Source of the DNA: Octopus sinensis
Taxonomy: Eukaryota
Reading direction: 5' to 3'
Length of the DNA: 64,000 nucleotides
Assembly: GCF_006345805.1 (NCBI RefSeq)
Contig: NC_043021.1
Location: forward strand, 6,696,001 to 6,760,000
Below the pieces are notes generated by a model. That model ran no database searches. It had not been told where the DNA came from and saw only the letters and a list, made by a program, of their open reading frames with translations. A program made the position numbers and the translations under genes. Below, piece after piece: positions 1-13,110 of this stretch. Each line of letters starts with the position of its first letter. The stretch's first letter is position 1.

Positions 1-294
1 CTGTGTGTGTGTGTGCATGCGTGTCCATGTCAGCTTGTGCTAATCCAGACAAAGTGTGTTTATACAATGACAGGTGTAGAAAATTGTTTCAAGGTCTCAG
101 GTGTGCACGCACATGCACACACACACACACACGCATGCATTGATCTCCGGTCAACGCAGGTAGGGAAATATATACCCAATAGTGGAAACTATGCAGATTG
201 AAGACCCAGATCAAATAGTTACAAAGAAACCCCACAAAATAAGTCTCACCACTCAAAGAGAGGAAAAGAAATAGAACGAATCGCTCCCTTAAAC

Positions 295-576
295 CAGTGG
301 TTCTCAATCAATCAGGGTTCATATGACCCTTGAGTGAGGGGTCTACATAAAGGTTTTTGTTATTTTTAAAGTTAATGTACAATAAACTGAGTTTACATGC
401 TTTACCTCTACAACGCACAAAATATTTTGACAGTTTTTTTTTTTATACAATTCTTAATAATATTTAATTATTAAAATGTAACAGGATTTTTTAAGCATTG
501 AATGGCTTTGAGGGTCCACTCGAGTAAAATAGGAATCAAAAGGAGTCAACAGGTGAAAAATGGTTGAGAATCATTG
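295..576. mobile_element. hAT (Charlie-like) MITE
   Basis: TIR CAGTGGTTCTCAA / TTGAGAATCATTG; left TSD CCTTAAAC, right TSD split by the TTAA MITE. Confidence 0.75.
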
Positions 577-578
577 CC

Positions 579-777
579 TTAACCCCTTAGCATTTAAACC
601 AGTCATTTCCAGCTAAAATATTCTTCTTGTTCTATATTCAGACTGACCAGACGTGACATCTCACACCTATCCTAGATATATTTTGAAGATAAACAATCAG
701 ATCATTGGAAATCTCAAGGTTACCAGATAATGCAGGATGAACTCCAAATAATTTGAATAAATAATCTAAAGGGTTAA
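579..777. mobile_element. piggyBac-type MITE family 1 (TTAA TSD, CCCTTTAG/CTAAAGGG TIRs)
   Basis: TTAA-CCCCTTAG...CTAAAGGG-TTAA. Further copies at 6613-6825, 17385-17601, 17697-17925, 21608-21842, 30826-31480 (split), 35042-35269, 36796-37022, 37019-37217, 40159-42185 (split), 55886-56112. Confidence 0.82.
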
Positions 778-1262
778 ATGGACTTTCACACAGTTTCCGT
801 TAAGAGACTAGAATCCTTCGATCACCTCTGTCTACGCCGCATCCTTCATGTCCGATGGCATCACTTTGTCTCCAACAATTTGGTGCGACACCAGTGCAAA
901 ATCATCTCCCTCCGACAAGTCATCCTAATGAGACGTCTGCGTTGGCTTGGTCATGCCCTCCATCGTCAACCAGGAGAATTCATCTACAAAGCAATTGCCC
1001 CAGCTCCCCTTTAGGGTTGGCGAAAGCGATGTGGTGGACAACGAAAAACCTGGCTGATGACAGTCAAGGCTGATCTGGAACCCAACCTAGGCCCCCATAT
1101 CTACGGTGTTCACCGCTGGAATAAGGAATGGTTGGAGATCACATGTTCGTTAGCCTCAAGTCGCCAGGTCTGGTCAGCGTTTGTGAGAGATGCAGCATTG
1201 AGGATGAATGAAGCCAGCTCAACCCACCCCGGGTGAATGCTGTCTCAAGACAAGAGGAAGAA
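778..1262 (+). mobile_element. RTE-clade non-LTR retrotransposon 3' fragment (RT C-terminus)
   Basis: KRLESFDHLCLRRIL...RRLRWLGHALHR...*GWRKRCGGQRKTWLMTVKADL...R.VWSAFVRDA; one in-frame stop at 1012-1014. Confidence 0.85.
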
Positions 1263-1558
1263 GACTGTTTCTGTGTATTACGCTTACAGAGGCCATGGCA
1301 GTAGTATTTTTGCCCAAGTGCCATACCCTGGGATTGAACTTGAAGCCACCTAGTTATGGAGTAAAACAACCATATCTATGCAAAGTTATGAAAGTAGAGG
1401 GGGGGGGGTTGTTATTTGGTGTTGCTGATGGTGATGGTACAACTGATTGCTAGTTTGGTGTCATCTAAGAGATTGGCCCATTTGACAACAATGAAAGGAA
1501 GGCCAAAGGTTGAGTGTGTGCTTGTGTGCATGCCTGCCTGCATGTGTGCGAATGTGCG

Positions 1559-1590
<32 letters not shown>

Positions 1591-2041
1591 GGGAGAGTAC
1601 AGGGACAGTAAAAACAAAACTATGTTTGAGGGTGATGGTGATATGGAAGGGTCGCGTTACCGACAGTATGTGGGTTGTGTGGAAAGGAGACAGCGAGGTG
1701 AAAGTGGGTTGGGTGGGGGACAAATTGCCAAATTAATTTTAGTGAAACAGTTACAAAAACAAAAAAAAAGAAAAAGAGAGAGAAAGAAGGAAAAGTAGCT
1801 GGAACAGTTGTGCAGATGTTATGTTGGTGGGAGTTGCACAATTTTGTTCCTCGCAGTTGTAACACACAGTTGACAGCAGCCGTCTGTAAATGCATGTTTG
1901 TATGTATGTGTGTGTGTGTGTGTGTATTTATATGTGTGTAATGATAGGATTACATGCACCCACCCACACCCATACACACGTGCACACACACACACACTAC
2001 CTAGCAATTCTAAATGTTAAAAGTTTGAATAATGTAAATAC

Positions 2042-2124
<83 letters not shown>

Positions 2125-2260
2125 TACACATATACATACACACATTCAAACTCATTATCACTCGCTATCCTACTTTCCCTCATCCTATCCCTCCTTACCC
2201 ATTATCCTATCTGTTTTGTGAACACAGTTTCTCTTCTCTTATCTACTCTTCTACAGCCTT

Positions 2261-2294
<34 letters not shown>

Positions 2295-3472
2295 CTATTA
2301 TCTTCTCTCTCCAAACATTACAAGTTCTTCTCTCTCTCTCTCTATCCATCCTATCATTTCTGTCACTTCCCCCCTTTTCTCCCTACAAATATTACAAGTT
2401 CTTTTTTACACTAACTTCTCTCTCTTTTTGATATTTACTCCTCTCTCTATATATCTGTATAATCTCCCTCTCTCTCTCTGTCTCTCCACCTCACTCATCT
2501 ATTCACATTCCATAACCCTCCCCCCTTCTCTATTTCATCTCTATTCTACCACTCTATATACAGTTAACCATTCTCCTTTAAAATCCACCCTCCTCTTCAT
2601 GTTTTCAGGTTTCACTGTGATAGGAAAATGGAAAAATATCTTCATCAGTCTCATTGTCATTAATTTTACCTGTCTTTTCTTGTCAGCATGGGTTGGACAG
2701 GTCTGTTCCACTGTGATGCTAATGATGAGTGATGATGCTTGTCTTGAGTTACGCCAATTGAGAAGGAAGTGAGAGCGGACAATAATCTTAAGCCTTTGAA
2801 ACCCAATGTGAATATTTTTTATCTACCCAAAGCTTTCTCCCTTCCTCTCAGTAGGTAGGGAAACTGAAAAAAGGGTCCTAATTGAAGTAGGTGGATCTCC
2901 TTGCTTCCCCCACTTTCACAAGAGCTCAGCTGGACTACAGGGGTACCAGAGCAGGGAGCAGCCTGCCCTCTACCATTGCTGATAGTACAGTGTGATATGA
3001 ATGAAATTAAGTAGCTATTGCAGCTCCCCCCCACCACCACTCCCCACCCCTGCTGTGCTGTTGTTTAGCCCCAGGTCAACCTGGGTGTAACAGGTCTATT
3101 ATGAAAAGGCATTCATACCGTGACTGCCTCAATGTTTTTTCTGGGTATAGTGTAACTAGGGCTGTATCATCCACTGAGTCCATCCCTTTCAAAATATGAC
3201 TTGCTAGAAATAACAGCTAAAGCTCTCTCAAATCACATTGCCATCTTAGAAAAAACTGTAGACTTTGAATAATGTCGTCCTAGGTAATGTTTCCCATAGG
3301 CACTGGGTTGCCTTTGTGGTTAAGAAGCTTGCTTTGTAACCATGTGGTTTTGGGTTTAGTCCTATTACATGGCATCTTCTACAAGTGTTTTCTATGTCCT
3401 TGGTTTGACCAGTGCCTTGTGAGTGAGTCTGGTAGGTGGGACTTGTGTGGAAGCCCATCATATATATGCATA

Positions 3473-3865
3473 TACTCTTTGCTCTTTTACTCTTTTAGTT
3501 GTTTCAGTCATTTGACTGCGGCCATGCTGGAGCATCGCCTTTAGTCGAGCAAATCGATCCTGGGACTTATTCTCTTTTGCCGAACCGCTAAGTGACGGGG
3601 ACGTAAACACATCAGCATCGGTTGTCAAGCGATGTTGGTAGGGACAAACACAGACACACAAACATATACACACACATACATACATATATATATACATATA
3701 TACGACAGGCTTCTTTCAGTTTCCGTCTACCAAATCCACTCACAAGGCTTTGGTCGGCCCGAGGCTATAGCAGAACACACTTTCCCAAGATGCCACGCAG
3801 TGGGACTGAACCCGGAACCATGTGGTTGGTAGGCAAGCTACTTACCACACAGCCACTCCTGCGCC
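3473..3865 (-). mobile_element. tRNA-derived SINE family A (~400-440 bp, internal TA/GT microsatellite), full length
   Basis: Head GGCGCAGGAGTGGCTGTGTGGT (box A) ... GGTTCAGTCCC (box B); tail ggcggtgctccagcatggccgcagtcaaatgactgaaacaagt(aaagagt)n; more than 20 copies or fragments in the window. Confidence 0.9.
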
Positions 3866-4108
3866 TATATATGTATTTAATTGATTTGTTTGACTAAACC
3901 CGTCAAGGTGGTGCCCCAGCATGGTCACAGCCCAGTGACAGGAACAAATAAAAACTGTTATTGAATAGAGATATATAACACATACACTCATACATGCACG
4001 CACCTTGCAACAGTGGTTTGGTAGTGGTGGTGGTGGTGGTGGTTATGGTGGCGACAGCAGTGATAGTATTGTGGTGGTGGTAGTGTAGGATATTTGTTTG
4101 GTGGTAAT

Positions 4109-4331
4109 CTGGCAGAAACGTTAGCACGCCGGGCGAAATGCTTAGCAGTATTTCGTCTGCGTTACGTTGTGAGTTCAAATTCCGCCGAGGTCGACTTTGC
4201 CTTTCATCCTTTCGGGGTCGATAAATTAAGTACCAGTTACGCACTGGGGTCGATGTAATCGACTTAATACCTATGTCTGTCCTTGTTTGTCCCCTCTGTG
4301 TTTAGCCCCTTGTGGGTAGTAAAGAAATAGG
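4109..4331 (+). mobile_element. tRNA-derived SINE family B (~225 bp)
   Basis: ctggcagaaacgttagc...gagttcaaattcc (box B)...gtcgactttgcctttcatcctttcggggtcgataaattaagtacc; near-identical copy at 57474-57693, older copies at about 24620-24835 and 25130-25320. Confidence 0.88.
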
Positions 4332-4575
4332 TAATATATGAATAGATGGTTGATGATGGTGGTGGTGGTCCATGAGTTAGTTGTGATGGTTGTGGTGGTC
4401 CTGTTTGGATAGTATAATGTGACTAAGGAGGAGTGGAACAGGTGTTGTGTTTACATACATGAAGATGGTGAGGTGTGTCTGTATCAAAGATGAGCTAACT
4501 ACGATCTCTTATTCAGATATCTGTATCTTAGACAACATTACGTAATCTACTCTTTTTTTTTCCTCAAGAAAGTAG

Positions 4576-4746
4576 CAGGAGTGGCTGTGTGGTAAGTAGC
4601 TTGCTAACCAACCACATGGTTCTGGGTTCAGTCCCACTGCGGGGCATCTTGGGCAAGTGTCTTCTGCTATAGCCCCGGGCTGACCAAAGCCTTGTGAGTG
4701 GATTTGGTAGACGGAAACTGAAAGAAGCCTGTCGTATATATGTGTG

Positions 4747-4777
<31 letters not shown>

Positions 4778-4968
4778 TTGTATGTCTGTGTTTGTCCTTC
4801 CAACATCGCTTGACAACCGATGCTGGTGTGTTTACGTTCCCGTCACTTAGCGGTTCGGCAAATGAGACCGATAGAATAAGTCCTGGGGTCGATTTGCTTG
4901 ACTAAAGGTGGTGCTCCAGCATGGCCGCAGTCAAAATGACTGAAACAAGTAAAAAGAGAAAAGAGAGA
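4576..4968 (+). mobile_element. SINE family A, full length
   Basis: Aligns end to end with other family A copies. Confidence 0.9.
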
Positions 4969-5336
4969 AAGTGTAATTTGAGGTTAAATTTGGCTACTAT
5001 TTTTCACAAATCGAATAACCATACAGAGGCTTGTTGATTGGGGGAAGTTATTAGCAGAAATAAGGAATTAGCAGGATGTTGTTATATATCTTAGATTACT
5101 CAGGGATCGTGTCTACAGAGAGTTGGTAAAATTATCTCTGAGGAATCTGGAATCTGCACCGTTAAGCCAATATTTCCAGCTGGGGTAATCTTAGAATCTC
5201 TTCACTGATATATAAATATAGTCTCTTCTCAGTCATATATATATATATAATATATATATATATCACAGCCATGAATGTATGCGTACATATATATATGTAT
5301 ATATATATAGCCCAGCCATGTATGTATGCGTACACG

Positions 5337-5389
<53 letters not shown>

Positions 5390-5396
5390 CCCAGCC

Positions 5397-5427
<31 letters not shown>

Positions 5428-6233
5428 GCCCAGCCATGTATGTAAGTGTGTGTGTATATATATAATATATATATATATATACACAAACATACATACATAC
5501 ATGGCTGGGCTGCAAGTAGGTCAGATTTGAAACTGGCCTTAAGAAAATGATGAGGAAGTGTACTGGCTGTCAGCAGCAGCAGTAGTAGTAGTTGTAGTAT
5601 TTGTAATAGTAGTAGTAGTAGTAGTAGTCTGTTGTCTCTGTCAGATCAGGCTCTCATCTCACCCACCCCGTACATGCCTTACCCAGTGGATGCCTCCACC
5701 CCACCCCCTGCTTCCCCTTACTCTACATCCTCATTTTTTTTATTTTTCAAGTTGTTATTTCTTTCCTGGTTATAATATTCTTCACAACACAACTTTTATA
5801 TATTGAATGATGATTGTATGGAAGAGAGAGAGAGAGAGAGAGTTTGTGTGTGTGTATAAATCGAGAGTGGATGGCATAATTTTGGAATTATTCCAGTTAT
5901 CATGATGAATGTGTACACCCACACTCAGTAAAACCAAGGTACACACACTGCAACTAATGTAAGAGTAATATAACCACACACACACACACACACATTTGTA
6001 ATGTTATGTTTCATATTATTTCTACTTAACCTGTATTTTCTTCAGCTAAATCACATTCACATACATACACTATAAGTATGTATATATTTGTGTATGTATA
6101 AGTCTATGTATAAATATATAATTATAATTTCTCATTCTGTTCCATATAGTATTTCTATTCCTTCTGTCTTCTATTTCTTTCTATTTTTCATAGTAGACAT
6201 TATGGAAAACAAAAGTTGTATATATATATATAT

Positions 6234-6305
6234 GTGTCGGTGGTGTAACGGTTAGCATGGTTGCCTTCCAAGCAGTCGATCCGGGTTCAACTCCCGGCCG
6301 ACGCA
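6234..6305 (+). tRNA. tRNA-Gly(TCC), intronic
   Basis: 72 nt, full cloverleaf: acceptor GTGTCGG/CCGACGC, anticodon arm GTTGC-CTTCCAA-GCAGT, T arm CCGGG-TTCAACT-CCCGG, discriminator A; very close to metazoan Gly-TCC. Confidence 0.92.
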
Positions 6306-6313
6306 GGCTATAG

Positions 6314-6318
6314 TTTTT
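6314..6318 (+). terminator. Pol III terminator (T5) of the tRNA-Gly gene
   Basis: TTTTT 8 nt downstream of the discriminator base. Confidence 0.7.
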
Positions 6319-6928
6319 AATGAATGGCGGTGCCCCAGCATGGCCACAGCTCATGAGCTGAAACTAGATGAAATGAAATGAAAATATGTGTGTGTGTCTG
6401 TACTAATTAGTATTTGAATCCAGATAAATGTTGCATCCCGCACACACATGAATATAAAATAAATATTAACAACAGAGGTATTAATATCAAAAAGTCTTAT
6501 TTATCCCCGCTAAAATATGGATGTTCTGTTAGAACAAACTATACTGTGGTATTTGTCATGAGAGAACCTCTCATATTGGCTTTTCAGGACATGTATATGT
6601 ACCCGTCTTTATTTAACCCTTTAGTGTTCAGATTTCTTTGTCTAATGTATTGCTTATTTATTCATATTGTTCAGAATTAATCATGCATTATCTTGTAGCT
6701 TCAAGATTTCAATTATGTGTCTATATATTTTTAGAATGACATTGTAGGGTAAGTGTGTGATGTTGGATCTGGTCAGTTTTAACATAAACCAGGTAGAATA
6801 TTTTGGCCAGGTACAACCAGGTTAAATAAAACTTAGGAAAACACTTCTTTTGCATAAACCTGTAATGTTCATACATATACCAGTTTCTGTTTTTTCCCCA
6901 TACACAATTCTTTCCCATATTAATTTAA

Positions 6929-7528
<600 letters not shown>

Positions 7529-8869
7529 CTCTACACCTACCTTGAATGCTTTGAGACGGGCAACATACACACACACACACACACACACATTCATGTATGC
7601 ATGGACTGTCTGAGACCTTTTGAGGCAGTATTCTGAGGCTAGATGTTCCTCCTGAGGTCAACCTTCACTTGTTTACAAGTACAGTACTTTTGTCATTGCT
7701 TATCATTCACTTTTGCATGTTGAATCACTGAACTATCAGACTTTTTGCTTATGTGGGTATGAACATCACCACAGCCTATGTAATGCTTAATAAGGGTGCA
7801 TATACACACACACACACATAATTTTTTGTGTACTGGCATGTGCACTTATCTGAATGAAAACCTGTGTGTGTGTGTGTGTTTTATACACACACACACACAC
7901 ACACACACAACAGGCTTTTACACAGTTCATTCTATCAAATTTCACACACAAGTCATTGGTTAACCTAAGATTATGATAGAAGTTACTTACTGAAGGTGTT
8001 ATAATAGTGGATTTGAAAAGTAATTATGAAGGAAATTTCTTAAGCACACTGTCATACCTATGTGTATGTGCGTCTATCAGCATTATAATTTAAATTCCAT
8101 TTTCAATGCCGGCATGAGTTTAGTTTTTATTTACACGCAAGGCAAAACAAAAATGGTATGGAAAACACGAACAAACAGACAGAGTTAATAGAGATGATGC
8201 CTTTTGATCTGGATACGGAGAGGACACTGGAATAGAAGAATGTTTGTGTGTACACAAACAACAATTTATACTTAGAAATTTTAAGCATTATCCTTATCCA
8301 CCTTACTGCTTCTTCAATATCAATAAATTTTTAGCTATTGATTATGACAGTCGTAGCATGACAGTCATATACCTCCAGGAATTCCTGCTGGAATTCTTAA
8401 CTACAGAAATATATGTAACATACACAAAACAGCACTCCAGCTATGACTGTCTCTAAGTTTTTGTACGTCTGGAATTTTATTGACAATATTCAATATTTCA
8501 AGGGTACTTGTGTGTGATATGTGGAAAATTTATTATTTCTAGGAAGCCAAATGTCTATGTTGAAGCTCCCTGACTGTTTAATCTATTTATTTTCTGCTAA
8601 CGAACTGGTTTACAGCGTATATCAGATAATATTGACTTCCTTGTATGGAATGCATGTGTTTGTTGGTTTTCCTCTCCGGCTCCACTCCAACCCCGAGAAA
8701 CCATAAAAAATCAGAATGTTAAGCCAATTTCTCAAATAAGAAAAGTTTGCTTTGACTACACTGTATCTGTTTGGACAGATTTCACAGCAAGTGGCAGACC
8801 TTATGTGTCACCTGTTACTACAGCACCACCTGGGTTTTTCAGTGCCTTTAACAGAACACCTCCCCCACT

Positions 8870-8922
<53 letters not shown>

Positions 8923-10235
8923 AACATTCAGGCAAGGTCACCAGTCTATGGATAACCTATAAGTTCTGCTCTTTCTCCCCTCTCACTAGAAAGCACTGGC
9001 CCAACTCGTTAAATCATGAGAAAAAAGTGATGATGGATTGTATGGTGAGAGGAGGGAATGCTAGCAGAGGCAACATTGCATCATTTCATGAGCCAACAAA
9101 GGGACACTGTATATGGTTAGTCAGTTGGCTAGAAATAGCAATTGGATATTCCTCAGTTAACACACTGTCGCCTGAAAAGCCGAAGAAAGGTTCAAAAGAC
9201 ATTGTAAACAGTGTTATGTTTGAAAGGACTAATGCCTTTGATCATAGGTGTATCTGCACAATTCTGGCTGACCTGGGACTTAAACAACAACTAGTACAAT
9301 GTCATACTCAGGTATCAAGTGGTGGAAGACAAACACATTCATAGATCCATCCATCCATCTTATATATAAAGGGTAATGACGCCCTTCAGTCAAGGTTACT
9401 CCTAGAAAGTTCCCTTCTGAGGTACAAGCACAGGTAAAGTTGTTTGTGGAAGACCCGCAGTTGCCCATGCGTAACAGCCTTTCCTCTTCCCGCCACCGAT
9501 GTTATTCAAGGGAAAGGCAAAGGCTGATACATCTTGGCATCAGTGATGTCACAACTTGTTTCTTCAGCTGAGTGAACTGGAGCAAGGTGAAATAAAATTC
9601 AAGAACACAACACACAGCTCGGTCTGAGAATCAAACTCAATGCTCTAACCATTTATACACACACACACACACACACAGATAGACAATGATGCAAATAAAC
9701 AAATATAACTGCTTGGCTTAGATATATAAAATATACATACATATATACATATAAATAGAGAGGAGACAAAGACTGAAACAATTCGGACAATGAATATTCA
9801 TGTATGAATATGTATTCATATGCTAACAGAGCAGATTTAAATGGAGTAGAAAGACACAGAAAAACACCGCACTTTCTCTCCTTTATTTTTCTCTGTCTTT
9901 GTGCTTTATGTAAACCGACTCCGTTAATATATGTATATGTGTTGATGCATGAATGTTCATTGTCTGAATATCTCCAGTCTTTGTTTTCTCTCTATTTACA
10001 CATATATATATATATGTGTGTGTATGTACGTATGTTTTGTATATCTAGCCCAAGCGGCTTTATTTGTTTATTTGCTTATTTGCATCATTATCTCCATATC
10101 TGCTCACCTGGATTCCTCTTATAGCAACTCTTTACCCTGCGGATTTAGTTCTCGGTAAAGATTTCGGAATGTGAGTAGAAATCATTTGAGTGCTAAGTGT
10201 TTTCTATATTGAGCATCTGTGATCTCATCTCTTGA

Positions 10236-10270
<35 letters not shown>

Positions 10271-11579
10271 TACAATAAGATATAACAATAAATTAAATGT
10301 TATGATATGTTAAATACATTATTATAATATAGGTGGCTAAAGAAATTAAAAACCAAAAAGGTAGAATACATAATGAAGAGTTTGAAATAGCACCAACAGT
10401 TGCTAGAAATAAGAGCTAAAAAATACAACTTGAATAGCCAAAATCACCAACCTCATGAGATGTTCAAAGGGATAGTTTCTGACTATCAAATCTGCTCACA
10501 AGTTTTTGGTCAGCCTTGAGCTATAGTAGAAGACATGTGTCCAAGGTGCCATGCAGTGGGACTGAACCTGGATCCATGTGGTTGGGAAGCAAACTTCTTA
10601 CCACACAGCCTGGCCTACTTTGTTAGCTGAATATTTCCTCTTTCTCCTACTACCTTCCATCAAATCATCTGATCCCTTTAGAAGTCCGACCTCTTATCTC
10701 CTTTGTCCCTTTTAAAGGTGTTCTATCACCTTTACCTTCTAACTTATTATACTTGAACATTGTAACAGTGTTGTGGAGTACTCTGTTGAACTCTACAAAA
10801 AAAGGGCATCAGCCAGTCATTGAGATTAAACAGAGTGGATAAAGATCCCAAACCCTAAGGAAAAAGGTAGATTAGCTGATAAGTCGCCAGCTGCTACCCT
10901 GCTACCCCAGCAGAATCACTCACTATATACACATGTATGTTTGTGTGTAACCTCCGACTGTGTTAGTTTCCTGTTTATAAAACCAACATGGCTATTTTAC
11001 TCACATCTGTACAAATTTAGAAAAAAAAAGGGGTGGGAGGAAAAAACCCTGAAGTTTGCTATTATTTAGAATTCTATTCTCTCACTTCAACTGTACTACC
11101 ACATGGCTACTCAGTGAGCCAGAAACAGCAACCAAGTGTCTCTCTCTAATTGCACACCTTTGCCACCTTATAACAAAGGAGGACACATTGCACAACATAG
11201 CTAATGATACTCGTGGAAAGGCAAGGTATTCACAGCTGAAATAACTTTGGTCGAAAGTTTGCTTGATTAGAGCTAGGCAACAGTAACAAAGCATCCATGC
11301 CGGTGATACGTGAAAGACACCCAGTACACTCTGTAGAGTGGTTGACATTAGGAAGGGTATCCAGCCATGGATACCAAGCCAAAACAAACTGGAACCTGGT
11401 ACAGCTTTGATCTAGCACACCTCTTATGATCAAAGTCTTTCCAGTTATGTTCACCTTGTCTTTTTAAGGATATCTGCAGCTAGATCATCTGAAGTATCCA
11501 TTCCCTTATAAAAGCTGGTTAATGTGATTTGAGAGAGTTTTGGAGTACAATTTGTAGCAACTCAGACAGCTATGTAGAG

Positions 11580-11917
11580 CAGGGATTTTCAACCGTTTTT
11601 TTTATCTATGAACCCCTTTGATTACTATCTTATTCTGGTGGGCTCCCATAGCCATTTGATGTTTAAAAACTAGTTTTATTAAGACTTCTTTTGAAATTCC
11701 TATTAACTTGTGTAGATTGACCTATGTAAAATGTCACAGAAAGAAATCTTAACTTTTTCTTCCAATACACACCAAAATATACATCTAAAGTATAAATTTT
11801 TTCAGGGGCCCTTAAAATACTATTGTGGATCCCCAATTTACTATTTTGCTGCGTAGACCCCCACAAGATCTTATGTAGACCATCAGGGGCCATATGGACT
11901 CCATTTGAGAACCACTG
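11580..11917. mobile_element. hAT MITE
   Basis: CAGGGATTTTCAACC...TTGAGAACCACTG; TSD ATGTAGAG/ATTTAGAG (7/8). Confidence 0.8.
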
Positions 11918-11984
11918 ATTTAGAGATTTGTCGGTCAAGAAGTCCTTAGCAGTGTCTAACAAGTCTCAAATCTTGTGAGAAACA

Positions 11985-12170
11985 ATTGCCTGAAATAGCA
12001 GCCAAATCTCCTTTAGGTCACACCGTTCCATGTTAAAAAGAAAAAATGAAGGATACACAGGACAGTGTAGTCCCTAATATATTAAACAGGTATGATGGCC
12101 ATGGCTTGAATGCCATTATTCATAAGTCTGCTCAATCAAGACTGACCCGGGGCTAAGTGCCAATAACTTT
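11985..12170 (+). repeat. Dispersed short repeat (gaaatagcagccaaatctc...gatcataggtctgctc...ggggctaaac) of unclear class
   Basis: About ten degenerate copies in both orientations (for example near 3060-3250, 11430-11570, 21235-21600, 43140-43210, 52340-52480, 56200-56330, 61130-61290). Confidence 0.6.
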
Positions 12171-12350
12171 CAGACACAGCCCTGACCTATTAACAAACAT
12201 TGTACGGTCCCTCTCTTCCTTCCATTATTCCCTCTCTATATTTATCTTACGATTATATAAATAAACTCATTCTAAATTCAAATAAATTCTCTCAAATATT
12301 CCTTTGTTTACTTGACGGTAAATATTTATTAAATTTTGTTCTACTTCCAG

Positions 12351-12473
12351 ATTCGATATATTTCCCAAACCCAAGGCATGCCAGCGGAACATATGCTAAG
12401 TTCTGCCACAAAAACTGCACGCTTCTTTGTGCGTGAAAACACTGATAGCAATTATCCATTCTGGCGATTAAAA
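12351..12473 (+). CDS. HIPK2: HIPK exon: [41 protein letters not shown]
   Basis: CTTCCAG acceptor, GTAAGT donor, 123 nt, phase 0/0; matches the [15 protein letters not shown]...WRLK segment. Confidence 0.96.
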
Positions 12474-12749
12474 GTAAGTTTTGGCAGTGAGTGACTCACT
12501 TGCTCTTCTTCTTTTCTTCTTCTTCTTCTTCTTCTTTACCCAGTATATATTTACATGTGTTATTTCTGTTCTTTAAATTGCAGCTTTATGTGCACTGTGC
12601 TGCACAGTAAATAATAAGACGAACTGAACTTGATTTGTCTATGACCACTGCAAGCTTACAAACTGGAAACAAAGAGGAAAGGATGTGTGTGTGTGTGTGT
12701 GTGTGTGTATACATATACACTCAGACATAAAAGAAACATGGTCTCTTTT

Positions 12750-12792
12750 CCTCTTTGGTTTTATATATATATATACATATATACATACACAC

Positions 12793-12833
<41 letters not shown>

Positions 12834-12960
12834 TACATACACACACACATACATACATACATATATATATACATATATATATATACATACATATATATAT
12901 ATATACATATATATATTATATATATATATATAGATACATATATATATACATATATATATT

Positions 12961-13025
<65 letters not shown>

Positions 13026-13110
13026 GATACATCATATATATATATATATATATATAGATACATATATAGATACATACACACACACATACATACATACATA
13101 AGACCATACA
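12750..13110. repeat. Long compound (TA)n/(CATA)n microsatellite
   Basis: Seen directly. Similar tracts at about 2040-2140, 5230-5500, 33690-33925, 35950-36250, 41170-41350, 41730-41880, 47950-48020. Confidence 0.97.

Noticed and set aside
4920-4955. SINE tail AGUC-aaau-GACU-GAAAC-aa-GUA as a hammerhead
   Set aside because: No CUGANGA half upstream of the stem in any copy.
8779-8835. Possible duplicate (mutually exclusive) exon starting ISQQ after a CAG acceptor
   Set aside because: Similarity to IRYISQTQ is limited to three residues and there is no usable donor site.
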